This document shows positions 12,609 through 25,183 of a DNA stretch of 64,000 bases, in pieces (position 1 is the stretch's first letter; every line of letters starts with the position of its first letter). The DNA lies in assembly GCF_003018115.1 (NCBI RefSeq), contig NZ_CP027457.1, one strand, 5' to 3'. Source of the stretch: Escherichia coli (GTDB lineage: Bacteria; Pseudomonadota; Gammaproteobacteria; Enterobacterales; Enterobacteriaceae). The position numbers and the translations under genes are program-made. Under the pieces are notes generated by a model. It worked only from the letters and a program-made list of their open reading frames with translations. It searched no databases and was not told the DNA's origin.

Positions 12609-14669
12609 ATGAGCAAGGCAGGCAAAATAACCGCTGCGATTTCAGGGGCTTTCTTGTTGTTGATTGTCGTGGCGATCATTTTGATTGCAACTTTTGACTG
12701 GAATCGACTCAAACCGACCATCAACCAGAAAGTCTCTGCGGAGTTGAATCGTCCGTTCGCTATCCGTGGCGATCTGGGCGTTGTGTGGGAGCGGCAAAAA
12801 CAAGAAACTGGCTGGCGCAGCTGGGTGCCGTGGCCCCATGTACACGCGGAAGACATCATTCTTGGCAATCCACCGGATATTCCCGAAGTCACGATGGTGC
12901 ATTTGCCACGCGTAGAGGCAACGCTGGCACCGTTGGCGCTGCTGACCAAAACGGTCTGGCTACCGTGGATCAAACTGGAAAAGCCCGACGCACGCCTGAT
13001 TCGCCTCTCTGAAAAGAACAATAACTGGACGTTTAATCTTGCCAACGATGACAACAAAGACGCGAATGCAAAGCCGTCGGCATGGTCGTTTCGGCTGGAT
13101 AATATTCTTTTCGATCAAGGGCGGATCGCCATTGATGACAAAGTAAGCAAAGCGGATCTGGAGATTTTTGTTGATCCGTTAGGCAAGCCGCTGCCGTTCA
13201 GCGAAGTTACTGGATCGAAAGGTAAAGCGGATAAAGAAAAGGTGGGCGATTACGTTTTTGGCCTGAAGGCGCAGGGACGTTATAACGGTGAACCGCTCAC
13301 GGGTACGGGAAAAATAGGCGGTATGCTGGCGCTGCGTGGCGAAGGGACGCCGTTTCCGGTACAGGCTGATTTCCGCTCTGGTAACACCCGTGTTGCTTTT
13401 GATGGCGTCGTGAATGACCCAATGAAGATGGGCGGTGTCGATTTACGGCTTAAATTTTCTGGCGATTCACTGGGTGATCTCTATGAACTGACGGGCGTTC
13501 TGCTGCCCGATACCCCGCCGTTTGAAACGGATGGTCGGCTGGTAGCGAAAATCGACACTGAAAAATCGTCGGTCTTTGATTATCGCGGTTTTAATGGGCG
13601 AATTGGCGATAGCGATATCCACGGTTCTCTGGTCTACACCACCGGAAAGCCACGACCAAAACTGGAAGGTGATGTCGAGTCGCGGCAATTGCGGCTGGCG
13701 GACCTGGGACCGTTGATTGGCGTTGATTCCGGGAAAGGGGCAGAAAAGTCGAAACGGTCTGAACAGAAGAAGGGCGAAAAAAGCGTTCAGCCTGCGGGCA
13801 AAGTGCTGCCTTATGACCGCTTCGAAACCGATAAATGGGATGTCATGGATGCCGATGTTCGCTTCAAAGGGCGGCGCATTGAGCATGGCAGTAGCCTGCC
13901 GATTAGCGATCTTTCTACTCATATCATCCTCAAAAATGCTGACCTGCGCCTGCAACCGCTGAAATTTGGCATGGCGGGTGGCAGCATTGCGGCGAATATT
14001 CATCTGGAAGGCGATAAAAAGCCGATGCAGGGGCGGGCAGATATTCAGGCTCGTCGACTGAAACTGAAAGAACTGATGCCCGATGTGGAACTGATGCAGA
14101 AGACGCTGGGGGAAATGAACGGTGACGCAGAACTGCGCGGTAGCGGTAACTCGGTGGCGGCACTTTTAGGCAACAGTAACGGCAACCTGAAACTGTTGAT
14201 GAATGACGGGCTGGTGAGCCGCAACCTGATGGAGATTGTTGGGCTGAATGTCGGCAACTACATTGTCGGTGCGATATTTGGTGATGATGAGGTGCGGGTG
14301 AACTGCGCGGCGGCGAATCTGAATATTGCCAACGGCGTGGCGCGCCCGCAGATTTTTGCTTTCGATACTGAGAACGCGTTGATTAACGTTACCGGCACGG
14401 CAAGTTTTGCTTCCGAACAGCTGGATTTGACTATTGATCCGGAGAGTAAAGGGATTCGGATTATCACACTGCGTTCGCCGCTGTATGTGCGTGGGACGTT
14501 TAAAAATCCGCAGGCTGGGGTGAAAGCCGGGCCGTTGATTGCCCGTGGTGCTGTTGCTGCGGCACTGGCAACGCTGGTAACACCGGCGGCGGCGTTACTG
14601 GCACTGATCTCACCTTCCGAAGGGGAGGCTAATCAGTGTAGGACGATATTGTCGCAGATGAAGAAGTGA
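12609..14669 (+). CDS. yhjG: AsmA-family inner-membrane-anchored protein YhjG
   Basis: ORF 12594..14669; N-terminal TM anchor then large periplasmic AsmA-like domain; likely start MSKAGK giving 686 aa. Confidence 0.88.
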   Translation: MSKAGKITAAISGAFLLLIVVAIILIATFDWNRLKPTINQKVSAELNRPFAIRGDLGVVWERQKQETGWRSWVPWPHVHAEDIILGNPPDIPEVTMVHLPRVEATLAPLALLTKTVWLPWIKLEKPDARLIRLSEKNNNWTFNLANDDNKDANAKPSAWSFRLDNILFDQGRIAIDDKVSKADLEIFVDPLGKPLPFSEVTGSKGKADKEKVGDYVFGLKAQGRYNGEPLTGTGKIGGMLALRGEGTPFPVQADFRSGNTRVAFDGVVNDPMKMGGVDLRLKFSGDSLGDLYELTGVLLPDTPPFETDGRLVAKIDTEKSSVFDYRGFNGRIGDSDIHGSLVYTTGKPRPKLEGDVESRQLRLADLGPLIGVDSGKGAEKSKRSEQKKGEKSVQPAGKVLPYDRFETDKWDVMDADVRFKGRRIEHGSSLPISDLSTHIILKNADLRLQPLKFGMAGGSIAANIHLEGDKKPMQGRADIQARRLKLKELMPDVELMQKTLGEMNGDAELRGSGNSVAALLGNSNGNLKLLMNDGLVSRNLMEIVGLNVGNYIVGAIFGDDEVRVNCAAANLNIANGVARPQIFAFDTENALINVTGTASFASEQLDLTIDPESKGIRIITLRSPLYVRGTFKNPQAGVKAGPLIARGAVAAALATLVTPAAALLALISPSEGEANQCRTILSQMKK

Positions 14670-14689
14670 TGAGGTTGGATTGTGTTTGC

Positions 14690-14895
14690 TGGTGAGTTCG
14701 GGAGCAGCGTGTTCCCCTCACCCTAACCCTCTCCCCAAAGGGGCGAGGGGACTGTTTTGTGCGTGTTGAAACAACGAGTACCGCTTTTCCGTTCACTTTC
14801 TGGGGGAGGGCTGTTATGTTCGCGATATAACATCTCGCTCCGCTTTTCTCCCTCTCCCTTTCAGGGAGAGGGCTGGGGTGAGGGTGGCTGCCCAC
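14690..14895. repeat. Intergenic repetitive stem-loop element(s) between convergent yhjG and yhjE
   Basis: Two near-perfect palindromic units (ccctctcccc aaa ggggcgaggg; ccctctccc tttca gggagaggg) with flanking gtgaggg/cctcaccc motifs; convergent 3' ends, so likely bidirectional terminator or repeat family. Confidence 0.6.
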
Positions 14896-14902
14896 ACGAT
14901 AC

Positions 14903-16225
14903 TTACAACGACTGATGTCGCGTCTCATGGGTCAGCAGCAGGGCGATTAACGTCAAGCCAGCCATCGCCGCCAGATATAACCCCACCGCACCTAACCCGT
15001 AGTTAGCCTGCAACCAGGCTGCGATATATGGTGCAACGGAAGCCCCGAGAATCGACGCTACGTTGTAAGAGAACGATGCTCCGGTGTAACGCACTTCTGT
15101 CGGGAACAGCTCTGGTAACAGCGCGCCCATCGGCCCGAAGGTCAGTCCCATCAGACTTAACCCCAGCAGCAGGAAGGCAAAAACCAGAATCGGGTTGCCA
15201 GAACCGAGCAGCGGGTTAAAGGCGAACAGCGCGAACAGGATGATCAGCGTGGTGATGATTACCATGCTTTTACGGCGACCAAAGGCATCAGCCAGTAATC
15301 CGGCGACTGGCACCATCACGCCAAAACCAATAACTGCCATCATCAGCATCCACAACACTTCGTTACGCGGCAGGCCAAGCCCAACTGGCGCGGCGGCGGT
15401 ACTGAAGGTCATAGAGTAGACCGTCATGATGTAAAACAGCGTATAGGTTGCCAGCATAATGAACGTACCCAGTACGGTTACGCGAACATGTTTGGTCAGC
15501 AGCGTACCCAGCGGGATCTTCACCTGTTTTTTCGCTTTAGCGACTTTCTCAAACACCGGCGACTCATGCAGCGACACGCGAACATACAGGCCGATAATGA
15601 CCAGCACCGCCGAGAAGATAAATGGCACACGCCAGCCCCAGCTCATAAACTGCTCGTCGGTCAGTAGCCAGGAAAGCAGCAAGAAAGTGCCGTTGGCAAA
15701 GAAGAAGCCAATCGGTGCGCCCAGCTGTGGGAAGGAGCCATACAGTGCACGTTTGCGCGGTGGGGCGTTTTCAGTCGCCAGCAGCGCCGCGCCGCCCCAT
15801 TCACCGCCTAAGCCCAGACCCTGACCAAATCGAGCCAGCGCCAGCAGCAGCGGGGCGAAAATACCAATCGTGGCATAGCCCGGCAGCAGACCAATCACCA
15901 CGGTCGAAATCCCCATCGTTAGCAACGAGGCGACCAGCGTCGCTTTACGCCCAACGCGATCGCCAAAATGACCAAATACGGCAGAGCCAATGGGGCGTGC
16001 GACGAAGGCGATGGCGAAGGTGGCGAGCGACTGTAGCGTTGCTGCCGTAGGATCGCCCTGCGGGAAGAAGATATGCGGAAATACAATAACGGCCGCAGTG
16101 GCGTAAATATAAAAGTCGAAGAACTCAATGGCCGTGCCAATGAGAGAGGCGACAAGGACTTTATTACGCGAGTTGATCGGCGTGTATTCTTGCTCGTGGT
16201 CGAGTGTTGTGGCTGTTGCTTGCAT
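14903..16225 (-). CDS. yhjE: MFS metabolite:H+ symporter-family transporter YhjE
   Basis: 440-aa ORF, 12-TM MFS signature; synteny. Confidence 0.9.
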   Translation of the reverse strand: MQATATTLDHEQEYTPINSRNKVLVASLIGTAIEFFDFYIYATAAVIVFPHIFFPQGDPTAATLQSLATFAIAFVARPIGSAVFGHFGDRVGRKATLVASLLTMGISTVVIGLLPGYATIGIFAPLLLALARFGQGLGLGGEWGGAALLATENAPPRKRALYGSFPQLGAPIGFFFANGTFLLLSWLLTDEQFMSWGWRVPFIFSAVLVIIGLYVRVSLHESPVFEKVAKAKKQVKIPLGTLLTKHVRVTVLGTFIMLATYTLFYIMTVYSMTFSTAAAPVGLGLPRNEVLWMLMMAVIGFGVMVPVAGLLADAFGRRKSMVIITTLIILFALFAFNPLLGSGNPILVFAFLLLGLSLMGLTFGPMGALLPELFPTEVRYTGASFSYNVASILGASVAPYIAAWLQANYGLGAVGLYLAAMAGLTLIALLLTHETRHQSL

Positions 16226-16538
16226 AATCTTTTCTTATTTTTTGGCTAACGAATAGCCATATTACGCACAGCAAAAGTGATATTTCAATGTGTAACAAAT
16301 CGCGGAAATGGTCAAAAACCAGGCAAAAAGGGGATAATGTTTAGGCCAGTGATTTTTCTTCTATGAAATGCTTCACATAATTTTATAAATAGTGGATAAA
16401 ACTGGTTTCAGGTTAAATAAAAGTTACCAACTGGATTTATATGCTGGGGTTATGAGTTGGCATGAAATTGTTTGCTCCCAAATAGATGGCTGAAGAGGCT
16501 CTGGGGAAGAGTTTCAAGAGGTTATGTGCGCATTATAG

Positions 16539-16616
16539 CCGGATGCGATGCTGGCGCATCTTATCCGGCCTACGGGGAGCCAGGCCGAATAAATTCGTAC
16601 GCCGCATCCGGCCTAG
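16539..16616. repeat. REP/BIME element (two inverted REP units)
   Basis: gccggatgcgatgctggcgcatcttatccggcctac and inverted partner aggccgaataaattcgtacgccgcatccggcctag match the canonical E. coli REP (PU) consensus. Confidence 0.8.
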
Positions 16617-16617
16617 T

Positions 16618-17631
16618 TTAAGGCTGCGTTTTCCCCGGCATTCGCGGGTCGTCTTTATATTCGGCGGTGGCAATCCACGCCGCGCAAAACAGCGTCAAAC
16701 GGGCGAAGAAGTAGAAAAATGCCATCAGCCCCAGCACGGAACCAAATGCTGCACCAGAGGGGGATTTCATCAGCGATGGCAGGGTGTAGGTCATCACGAT
16801 TTTAATCACTTCAAAACCAATAGCAGCCAGAAATGTTCCGCGAATCAGGGCTTTTTTGCGCGGACGGTGGCGCGGTAACCGCCAGAAGATCCAGAAGAAA
16901 AGCAGATAGTTGGCGAAGATGGAAATCGCCAGGCCAATCAACCGCCACGTCGGTTTCAGCCACTCAATGCTGTTCAGGTGCAGGGCGCTAATAATCATTT
17001 GCTGCGCCGAACCGGCAACCGAGGTGATCGAAAGCGTCACAATCAGCGCAATCAACAAACCAATCAGCGAAATAAAATCACGCAGATATTTTACCCAGAA
17101 CTTCTCCTGATCTTGCGGCGAGCGTTCCCAGACATCGCGCGACTGGGCGCGAATCGCTTCACGCAGGTTACCCATCCAGTTGATGCCGGAATAAAGCGCC
17201 ACCGCCAGGCCGACAAGTCCTACAGTCGTACGCTGCTGAACGGCAGTGTTGATGGTGTTTTTCAATGTGGCGGCTAGCGTCGGATCGCTGATGTTTTGCA
17301 GAATTTTGTCGAAGATATCCTGTAGCAACATCGGATGGGAGGCCAGAACAAAGCCCCCTGCGGCAAACGACACCATCAAAATCGGGATCATCGACAAAAA
17401 TGAGAAATAGGTGATAGCCGCACCAAACTGGTTACCCAGCCGATCGTTAAAGCGTTCTGTCGCGCGAATAAGGTGCGCAATAACCGGTTGGCGTTGGACT
17501 TTTTCGGCAGTGGTGGTGACGGTTTCCAGCGCCTGGCTAACTTTGCCGCCTTTCTCGCTATTATCCAACTGCTTAATCGGCTCGTGCTCCAGATCCTGGG
17601 TGGGACGTTTGATCTCGTTTTCCTGCGTCAT
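16618..17631 (-). CDS. yhjD: Inner membrane protein YhjD (YihY/BrkB family)
   Basis: 337-aa polytopic membrane ORF; synteny. Confidence 0.88.
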   Translation of the reverse strand: MTQENEIKRPTQDLEHEPIKQLDNSEKGGKVSQALETVTTTAEKVQRQPVIAHLIRATERFNDRLGNQFGAAITYFSFLSMIPILMVSFAAGGFVLASHPMLLQDIFDKILQNISDPTLAATLKNTINTAVQQRTTVGLVGLAVALYSGINWMGNLREAIRAQSRDVWERSPQDQEKFWVKYLRDFISLIGLLIALIVTLSITSVAGSAQQMIISALHLNSIEWLKPTWRLIGLAISIFANYLLFFWIFWRLPRHRPRKKALIRGTFLAAIGFEVIKIVMTYTLPSLMKSPSGAAFGSVLGLMAFFYFFARLTLFCAAWIATAEYKDDPRMPGKTQP

Positions 17632-17679
17632 CCGCTCTTTTGTCCTTCTGTCGTGGTCATTCTTAAAAAGTATAGTCGG

Positions 17680-18579
17680 TCAGTCCAGGTGCTCTTTCAT
17701 TACGCCAGCCAGCCACTGCATAAACAGGTTTACACGCCGGGAAAGCTCCCGACGCTGCGGGTAAACCAGCGAAAGGGAGAGCGGCTCGGCACGGTAGCCT
17801 GGCAACACTTCAATAAGCCGCCCGGCACGCAGGGCTTCGCGCACGGCAATGCGCGGGATCTGAATAATCCCCAGACCGGCAAGACCGGCGGCGAGATAGT
17901 TTTCGCTACTGTTTACCGTCAACATGCCGCCAGACTTAAACCACTGGACGCCATTAACGCTGGCAACCTCAAAACCTAACGGATGTACACCCAGGTGCGG
18001 TGTATAACGCACTATTGCGTGTGAAGTCAGATCATCGGGGCTTTGCGGATAACCAAAGCGCGTCAGATAGTGCGGACTGGCACAGTTGACCATGGTCAGT
18101 TTGCCGAGGGGACGGGCGATAACGCCATCTTCCGGTAACGCGCCAGTGCGTATCACGCAATCAAAACCATCATGAAGAATATCTACCGGACGGTCATGGC
18201 TACTCAGTTCCAGCTCAATTCCCGGATGCTGATAGAGAAATTCCGACAGGCGCGGCAATAACAGGCTTTTCGCGATTCCTGGCGGGATGTCGATGCGTAA
18301 TTTACCGCTGATACTGGTGGCATCCTGCTGAAACAGACCGTCCAGTTCGTTGAGATTACTCAACACATCTTTTGCTCGTTGATAATAGGTCATGCCTTCT
18401 GGCGTGAGTTTGACCCGTCGCGTGGTGCGCTGGAGAAGCTGGGTGCCAAGTTGATGTTCCAGTGCCTGTATCTGGCGCGAAACACTTCCTTTTGGCAAAG
18501 CAAAGAAATCCGCCGCGCGGGAAAAACTTTCCAGCTCCGCGACTTTGATGAACAACTGCATTGCGTGAATTTTATCCAT
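17680..18579 (-). CDS. yhjC: LysR-family transcriptional regulator YhjC
   Basis: ORF 17680..18651; N-terminal HTH (MDKIHAMQLFIKVAELESFSRAA) from internal Met gives about 299 aa. Confidence 0.88.
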   Translation of the reverse strand: MDKIHAMQLFIKVAELESFSRAADFFALPKGSVSRQIQALEHQLGTQLLQRTTRRVKLTPEGMTYYQRAKDVLSNLNELDGLFQQDATSISGKLRIDIPPGIAKSLLLPRLSEFLYQHPGIELELSSHDRPVDILHDGFDCVIRTGALPEDGVIARPLGKLTMVNCASPHYLTRFGYPQSPDDLTSHAIVRYTPHLGVHPLGFEVASVNGVQWFKSGGMLTVNSSENYLAAGLAGLGIIQIPRIAVREALRAGRLIEVLPGYRAEPLSLSLVYPQRRELSRRVNLFMQWLAGVMKEHLD

Positions 18580-19098
18580 TTCTTTGACCGATTGTTGTTC
18601 ACAGCGAAACAGTAACGCGCATATGGCATTGTTTATTGTTTTTTCTAACATCTAATGCCGGGTTTCACAATGTTGTCATAACGAATGTGGCGATTTCTCA
18701 GCAGGAAAAGGGCGGAATAGCTTTCTGAGAATGGTGAATCCCCTTAAACAGAGCGTATTTTTCAGCGATTCCCTTTAAAGTGAATAGAGGACGTATTGGC
18801 TATTTGTGCTTATTTTGGTCTCATTGCCGTTTGTTATTTTGGCTTGTGGTCGCGGAATTTCATTTTTAATTGCATGCGTACTAACCATCAATATAAGGAA
18901 ATCCTCAGAATTGTTTTAAATAGTGCCCTCGACATGTAATTTCAGGCGTTTAGCTGTAACTATTTATATCGGTAACTATTTTCTACGCGTCATCTCTGTA
19001 GAATGGCCACCGCCAAATGGCGAATTCTTATTTTTTCTCGCGGGTAATACCCTTCCACTACTTAAGTCTTTTTAACGTATTCAGGTGGAGATTCAGTT

Positions 19099-19701
19099 AT
19101 GCAAATAGTCATGTTTGACAGGCAGTCAATATTTATTCATGGAATGAAAATCAGTTTACAGCAGCGTATTCCAGGAGTGAGTATTCAGGGGGCCAGTCAG
19201 GCAGACGAGTTATGGCAAAAGCTGGAAAGTTACCCTGAAGCCTTAGTTATGCTCGATGGCGATCAGGATGGTGAGTTTTGCTACTGGTTGCTGCAAAAAA
19301 CCGTGGTGCAATTTCCTGAGGTTAAGGTGTTAATTACGGCGACGGATTGCAATAAACGGTGGTTACAGGAAGTTATTCATTTTAATGTGCTGGCCATTGT
19401 GCCTCGTGATTCAACCGTCGAGACATTTGCGTTGGCGGTAAATAGTGCGGCGATGGGGATGATGTTTCTGCCTGGAGACTGGCGGACGACGCCGGAAAAG
19501 GACATTAAAGATCTCAAATCGTTAAGCGCCCGCCAGCGGGAGATTTTAACCATGTTAGCGGCGGGCGAATCAAATAAGGAGATCGGCAGAGCGCTGAATA
19601 TCAGTACCGGAACGGTAAAAGCGCATCTGGAATCCCTGTATCGCCGTCTGGAAGTGAAAAATCGCACCCAGGCGGCAATGATGTTAAATATCTCCTCCTG
19701 A
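19099..19701 (+). CDS. yhjB: LuxR/FixJ-family response-regulator-like protein YhjB
   Basis: 200-aa ORF with C-terminal LuxR HTH (REILTMLAAGESNKEIGRALNISTGTVKAH). Confidence 0.9.
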   Translation: MQIVMFDRQSIFIHGMKISLQQRIPGVSIQGASQADELWQKLESYPEALVMLDGDQDGEFCYWLLQKTVVQFPEVKVLITATDCNKRWLQEVIHFNVLAIVPRDSTVETFALAVNSAAMGMMFLPGDWRTTPEKDIKDLKSLSARQREILTMLAAGESNKEIGRALNISTGTVKAHLESLYRRLEVKNRTQAAMMLNISS

Positions 19702-19751
19702 AGAGGATAATTTTACAGCCAGCAGGAAGTTAGCGGCTGGCTGTAAAAATA

Positions 19752-21431
<1,680 letters not shown>

Positions 21432-21804
21432 TTATCGGCTTTTCTTTAAGGGTAGTCATTCGCTCCGCCTGGTGGGCGACAAAGCGTGCGGTGGATCACG
21501 TTTATTAACCTGTCAAAAAATATAACGCACTAATATCAATGGAATTTATAAAAATACAGATTTCGTGTTGTTTTTCATTTTCAGAACATTCAATCCTGCT
21601 TTCGCCGCAATCATGATATGCCATTCCTGATCTGGGTAATAGGCACAGGCTATCTTATTGATAGTTTATATTCATGTAATTGATTGATTCCTATCAAAAA
21701 GTGTATCTCCCTGTTTTTTATGATGGCTTTGTCTCGCAGAGACGTTTGCAGCATTCAGGAAAATTTTCTGGGTCACAATAACTCACCACCGTGAGGGAAG
21801 AATA

Positions 21805-23202
21805 ATGAAAATGGTCTCACGTATTACCGCGATCGGCCTGGCTGGCGTCGCGATTTGCTATTTAGGGTTATCTGGTTATGTGTGGTACCACGATAATAAA
21901 CGCAGTAAACAGGCCGATGTTCAGGCATCTGCTGTCAGTGAAAATAATAAGGTTTTGGGCTTTCTCCGCGAAAAAGGATGCGACTATTGCCACACGCCTT
22001 CGGCAGAATTACCCGCCTATTATTATATTCCTGGCGCGAAACAGTTGATGGATTACGACATTAAGCTTGGATATAAATCTTTTAACCTCGAGGCCGTGCG
22101 TGCTGCTCTGCTGGCTGATAAACCCGTTTCGCAAAGCGATCTGAATAAGATTGAATGGGTGATGCAGTATGAAACTATGCCGCCAACGCGTTATACCGCG
22201 CTTCACTGGGCGGGTAAGGTGAGTGATGAAGAGCGGGCGGAAATACTGGCCTGGATTGCAAAACAGCGCGCAGAATATTACGCCAGTAATGATACTGCTC
22301 CGGAGCATCGCAATGAACCGGTGCAGCCCATCCCGCAAAAACTGCCTACCGATGCGCAAAAAGTGGCGTTGGGCTTTGCGCTGTATCACGATCCCCGTTT
22401 ATCGGCTGATAGCACCATTTCATGCGCTCATTGCCATGCGTTGAATGCGGGGGGCGTCGATGGCAGAAAAACATCAATTGGTGTTGGTGGCGCAGTTGGG
22501 CCGATTAACGCGCCGACGGTATTTAACTCAGTATTTAACGTTGAGCAGTTCTGGGATGGTCGTGCGGCAACATTGCAGGATCAGGCTGGTGGACCGCCGT
22601 TGAACCCGATTGAAATGGCGTCAAAATCCTGGGACGAAATTATTGCTAAGCTGGAAAAAGATCCGCAGCTTAAAGCGCAGTTCCTCGAAGTCTATCCGCA
22701 AGGTTTCAGTGGCGAAAATATTACTGATGCCATTGCTGAATTTGAGAAAACATTAATTACGCCGGATTCCCCATTTGATAAATGGTTGCGTGGAGATGAG
22801 AATGCGCTGACGGCGCAACAGAAAAAAGGCTATCAATTATTTAAAGATAATAAATGTGCAACTTGTCATGGTGGTATTATTCTCGGCGGACGTTCCTTCG
22901 AACCGTTGGGGCTGAAAAAAGACTTTAACTTTGGTGAAATTACGGCGGCGGATATTGGTCGTATGAATGTGACTAAAGAAGAGCGTGATAAATTGCGTCA
23001 GAAAGTACCCGGTTTACGTAACGTTGCTTTAACGGCACCGTACTTCCATCGCGGTGACGTGCCGACGCTGGACGGGGCGGTGAAACTGATGTTGCGCTAT
23101 CAGGTAGGCAAAGAGCTGCCGCAGGAGGATGTGGATGATATCGTAGCTTTCCTGCACAGTCTGAACGGGGTGTACACGCCGTATATGCAGGATAAACAAT
23201 AA
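21805..23202 (+). CDS. ccp: Di-haem cytochrome c peroxidase Ccp (YhjA)
   Basis: 465-aa ORF with CxxCH haem-binding motifs (CDYCH, CAHCH, CATCH) and N-terminal membrane anchor. Confidence 0.92.
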   Translation: MKMVSRITAIGLAGVAICYLGLSGYVWYHDNKRSKQADVQASAVSENNKVLGFLREKGCDYCHTPSAELPAYYYIPGAKQLMDYDIKLGYKSFNLEAVRAALLADKPVSQSDLNKIEWVMQYETMPPTRYTALHWAGKVSDEERAEILAWIAKQRAEYYASNDTAPEHRNEPVQPIPQKLPTDAQKVALGFALYHDPRLSADSTISCAHCHALNAGGVDGRKTSIGVGGAVGPINAPTVFNSVFNVEQFWDGRAATLQDQAGGPPLNPIEMASKSWDEIIAKLEKDPQLKAQFLEVYPQGFSGENITDAIAEFEKTLITPDSPFDKWLRGDENALTAQQKKGYQLFKDNKCATCHGGIILGGRSFEPLGLKKDFNFGEITAADIGRMNVTKEERDKLRQKVPGLRNVALTAPYFHRGDVPTLDGAVKLMLRYQVGKELPQEDVDDIVAFLHSLNGVYTPYMQDKQ

Positions 23203-23211
23203 TTAATTTGA

Positions 23212-23244
23212 TCGCCCGAACAGGAATGTTTGGGCGATTTTTTA
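23212..23244 (+). terminator. Rho-independent terminator of ccp
   Basis: Hairpin cgcccgaaca...tgtttgggcg followed by a tttttt run. Confidence 0.65.
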
Positions 23245-23314
23245 TTACGATAATAAAGTCTATTTTTAATATTATCATGTTAAATGTTTATATTATAAAA
23301 AGTCGTTTTTCTGC

Positions 23315-23334
23315 TTAGGATTTTGTTATTTAAA
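23315..23334 (+). promoter_or_regulatory. GAD box (GadE/GadX-W binding site) in the gadA promoter
   Basis: ttaggattttgttatttaaa matches the recalled 20-bp GAD box consensus, about 80 bp upstream of the gadA start. Confidence 0.7.
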
Positions 23335-23413
23335 TTAAGCCTGTAATGCCTTGCTTCCATTGCGGATAAATCCTACTTTTTTATTGCCTTCAAATAAATT
23401 TAAGGAGTTCGAA

Positions 23414-24814
23414 ATGGACCAGAAGCTGTTAACGGATTTCCGCTCAGAACTACTCGATTCACGTTTTGGCGCAAAGGCCATTTCTACTATCGCGGAGTCA
23501 AAACGATTTCCGCTGCACGAAATGCGCGATGATGTCGCATTTCAGATTATCAATGATGAATTATATCTTGATGGCAACGCTCGTCAGAACCTGGCCACTT
23601 TCTGCCAGACCTGGGACGACGAAAACGTCCATAAATTGATGGATTTGTCGATCAATAAAAACTGGATCGACAAAGAAGAATATCCGCAATCCGCAGCCAT
23701 CGACCTGCGTTGCGTAAACATGGTTGCCGATCTGTGGCATGCGCCTGCGCCGAAAAATGGTCAGGCCGTTGGCACCAACACCATTGGTTCTTCCGAGGCC
23801 TGTATGCTCGGCGGGATGGCGATGAAATGGCGTTGGCGCAAGCGTATGGAAGCTGCAGGCAAACCAACGGATAAACCAAACCTGGTGTGCGGTCCGGTCC
23901 AAATCTGCTGGCATAAATTCGCCCGCTACTGGGATGTGGAGCTGCGTGAGATCCCTATGCGCCCCGGTCAGTTGTTTATGGACCCGAAACGCATGATTGA
24001 AGCCTGCGACGAAAACACCATCGGCGTGGTGCCGACTTTCGGCGTGACCTACACCGGTAACTATGAGTTCCCGCAACCGCTGCACGATGCGCTGGATAAA
24101 TTCCAGGCCGACACCGGTATCGACATCGACATGCACATCGACGCCGCCAGCGGTGGCTTTCTGGCACCGTTCGTCGCCCCGGATATCGTCTGGGACTTCC
24201 GCCTGCCGCGTGTGAAATCGATCAGTGCTTCAGGCCATAAATTCGGTCTGGCTCCGCTGGGCTGCGGCTGGGTTATCTGGCGTGACGAAGAAGCGCTGCC
24301 GAAGGAACTGGTGTTCAACGTTGACTACCTGGGTGGTCAGATTGGTACTTTTGCCATCAACTTCTCCCGCCCGGCAGGTCAGGTGATTGCACAGTACTAT
24401 GAATTCCTGCGCCTTGGTCGTGAAGGCTATACCAAAGTACAGAATGCTTCCTACCAGGTCGCTGCCTATCTGGCGGATGAAATCGCCAAACTGGGGCCGT
24501 ATGAGTTCATCTGTACGGGTCGCCCGGACGAAGGCATCCCGGCGGTTTGCTTCAAACTGAAAGATGGTGAAGATCCGGGATACACCCTGTACGACCTCTC
24601 TGAACGTCTGCGTCTGCGCGGCTGGCAGGTTCCGGCCTTCACTCTCGGCGGTGAAGCCACCGACATCGTGGTGATGCGCATTATGTGTCGTCGCGGCTTC
24701 GAAATGGACTTTGCTGAACTGTTGCTGGAAGACTACAAAGCCTCCCTGAAATATCTCAGCGATCACCCGAAACTGCAGGGTATTGCCCAGCAGAACAGCT
24801 TTAAACACACCTGA
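23414..24814 (+). CDS. gadA: Glutamate decarboxylase alpha GadA
   Basis: ORF 23351..24814; true start at [15 protein letters not shown] with RBS aaggag 7 nt upstream, giving 466 aa; adjacent to gadX, so gadA rather than gadB. Confidence 0.93.
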   Translation: MDQKLLTDFRSELLDSRFGAKAISTIAESKRFPLHEMRDDVAFQIINDELYLDGNARQNLATFCQTWDDENVHKLMDLSINKNWIDKEEYPQSAAIDLRCVNMVADLWHAPAPKNGQAVGTNTIGSSEACMLGGMAMKWRWRKRMEAAGKPTDKPNLVCGPVQICWHKFARYWDVELREIPMRPGQLFMDPKRMIEACDENTIGVVPTFGVTYTGNYEFPQPLHDALDKFQADTGIDIDMHIDAASGGFLAPFVAPDIVWDFRLPRVKSISASGHKFGLAPLGCGWVIWRDEEALPKELVFNVDYLGGQIGTFAINFSRPAGQVIAQYYEFLRLGREGYTKVQNASYQVAAYLADEIAKLGPYEFICTGRPDEGIPAVCFKLKDGEDPGYTLYDLSERLRLRGWQVPAFTLGGEATDIVVMRIMCRRGFEMDFAELLLEDYKASLKYLSDHPKLQGIAQQNSFKHT

Positions 24815-25183
24815 TAACATAACGTTGTAAAAACCGAATGCCCAGCCTTTAAAAAAACAGCTGGGCATTCGGTTGCTTATTAATCGCAATAATATATTGG
24901 CTGTCTATTCATCGTGTTGATAAGATATATGTTATATGAATGTTTATTAAATGTAGCGATTACCTTTAATGTCACGAAAAGGAATTATTTGCTTACTATT
25001 AATTTCCCTGCGTTCTTAAACACGTATTTGTATTATAAATCCAGTCATCCTGCCCGTAGAATATCACACATTATCATCCTGTTCTCCCGCTTCGTTTAAA
25101 TTTATTTATCAATCAATTTGACTTAAGAGGGCGGCGTGCTACATTAATAAACAGTAATATGTTTATGTAATATTAAGTCAACT

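Noticed and set aside
24914-25099. 61-aa ORF in the gadA-gadX intergenic region
   Set aside because: Very AT-rich, low-complexity translation inside the gadX promoter region; no RBS or motif support.
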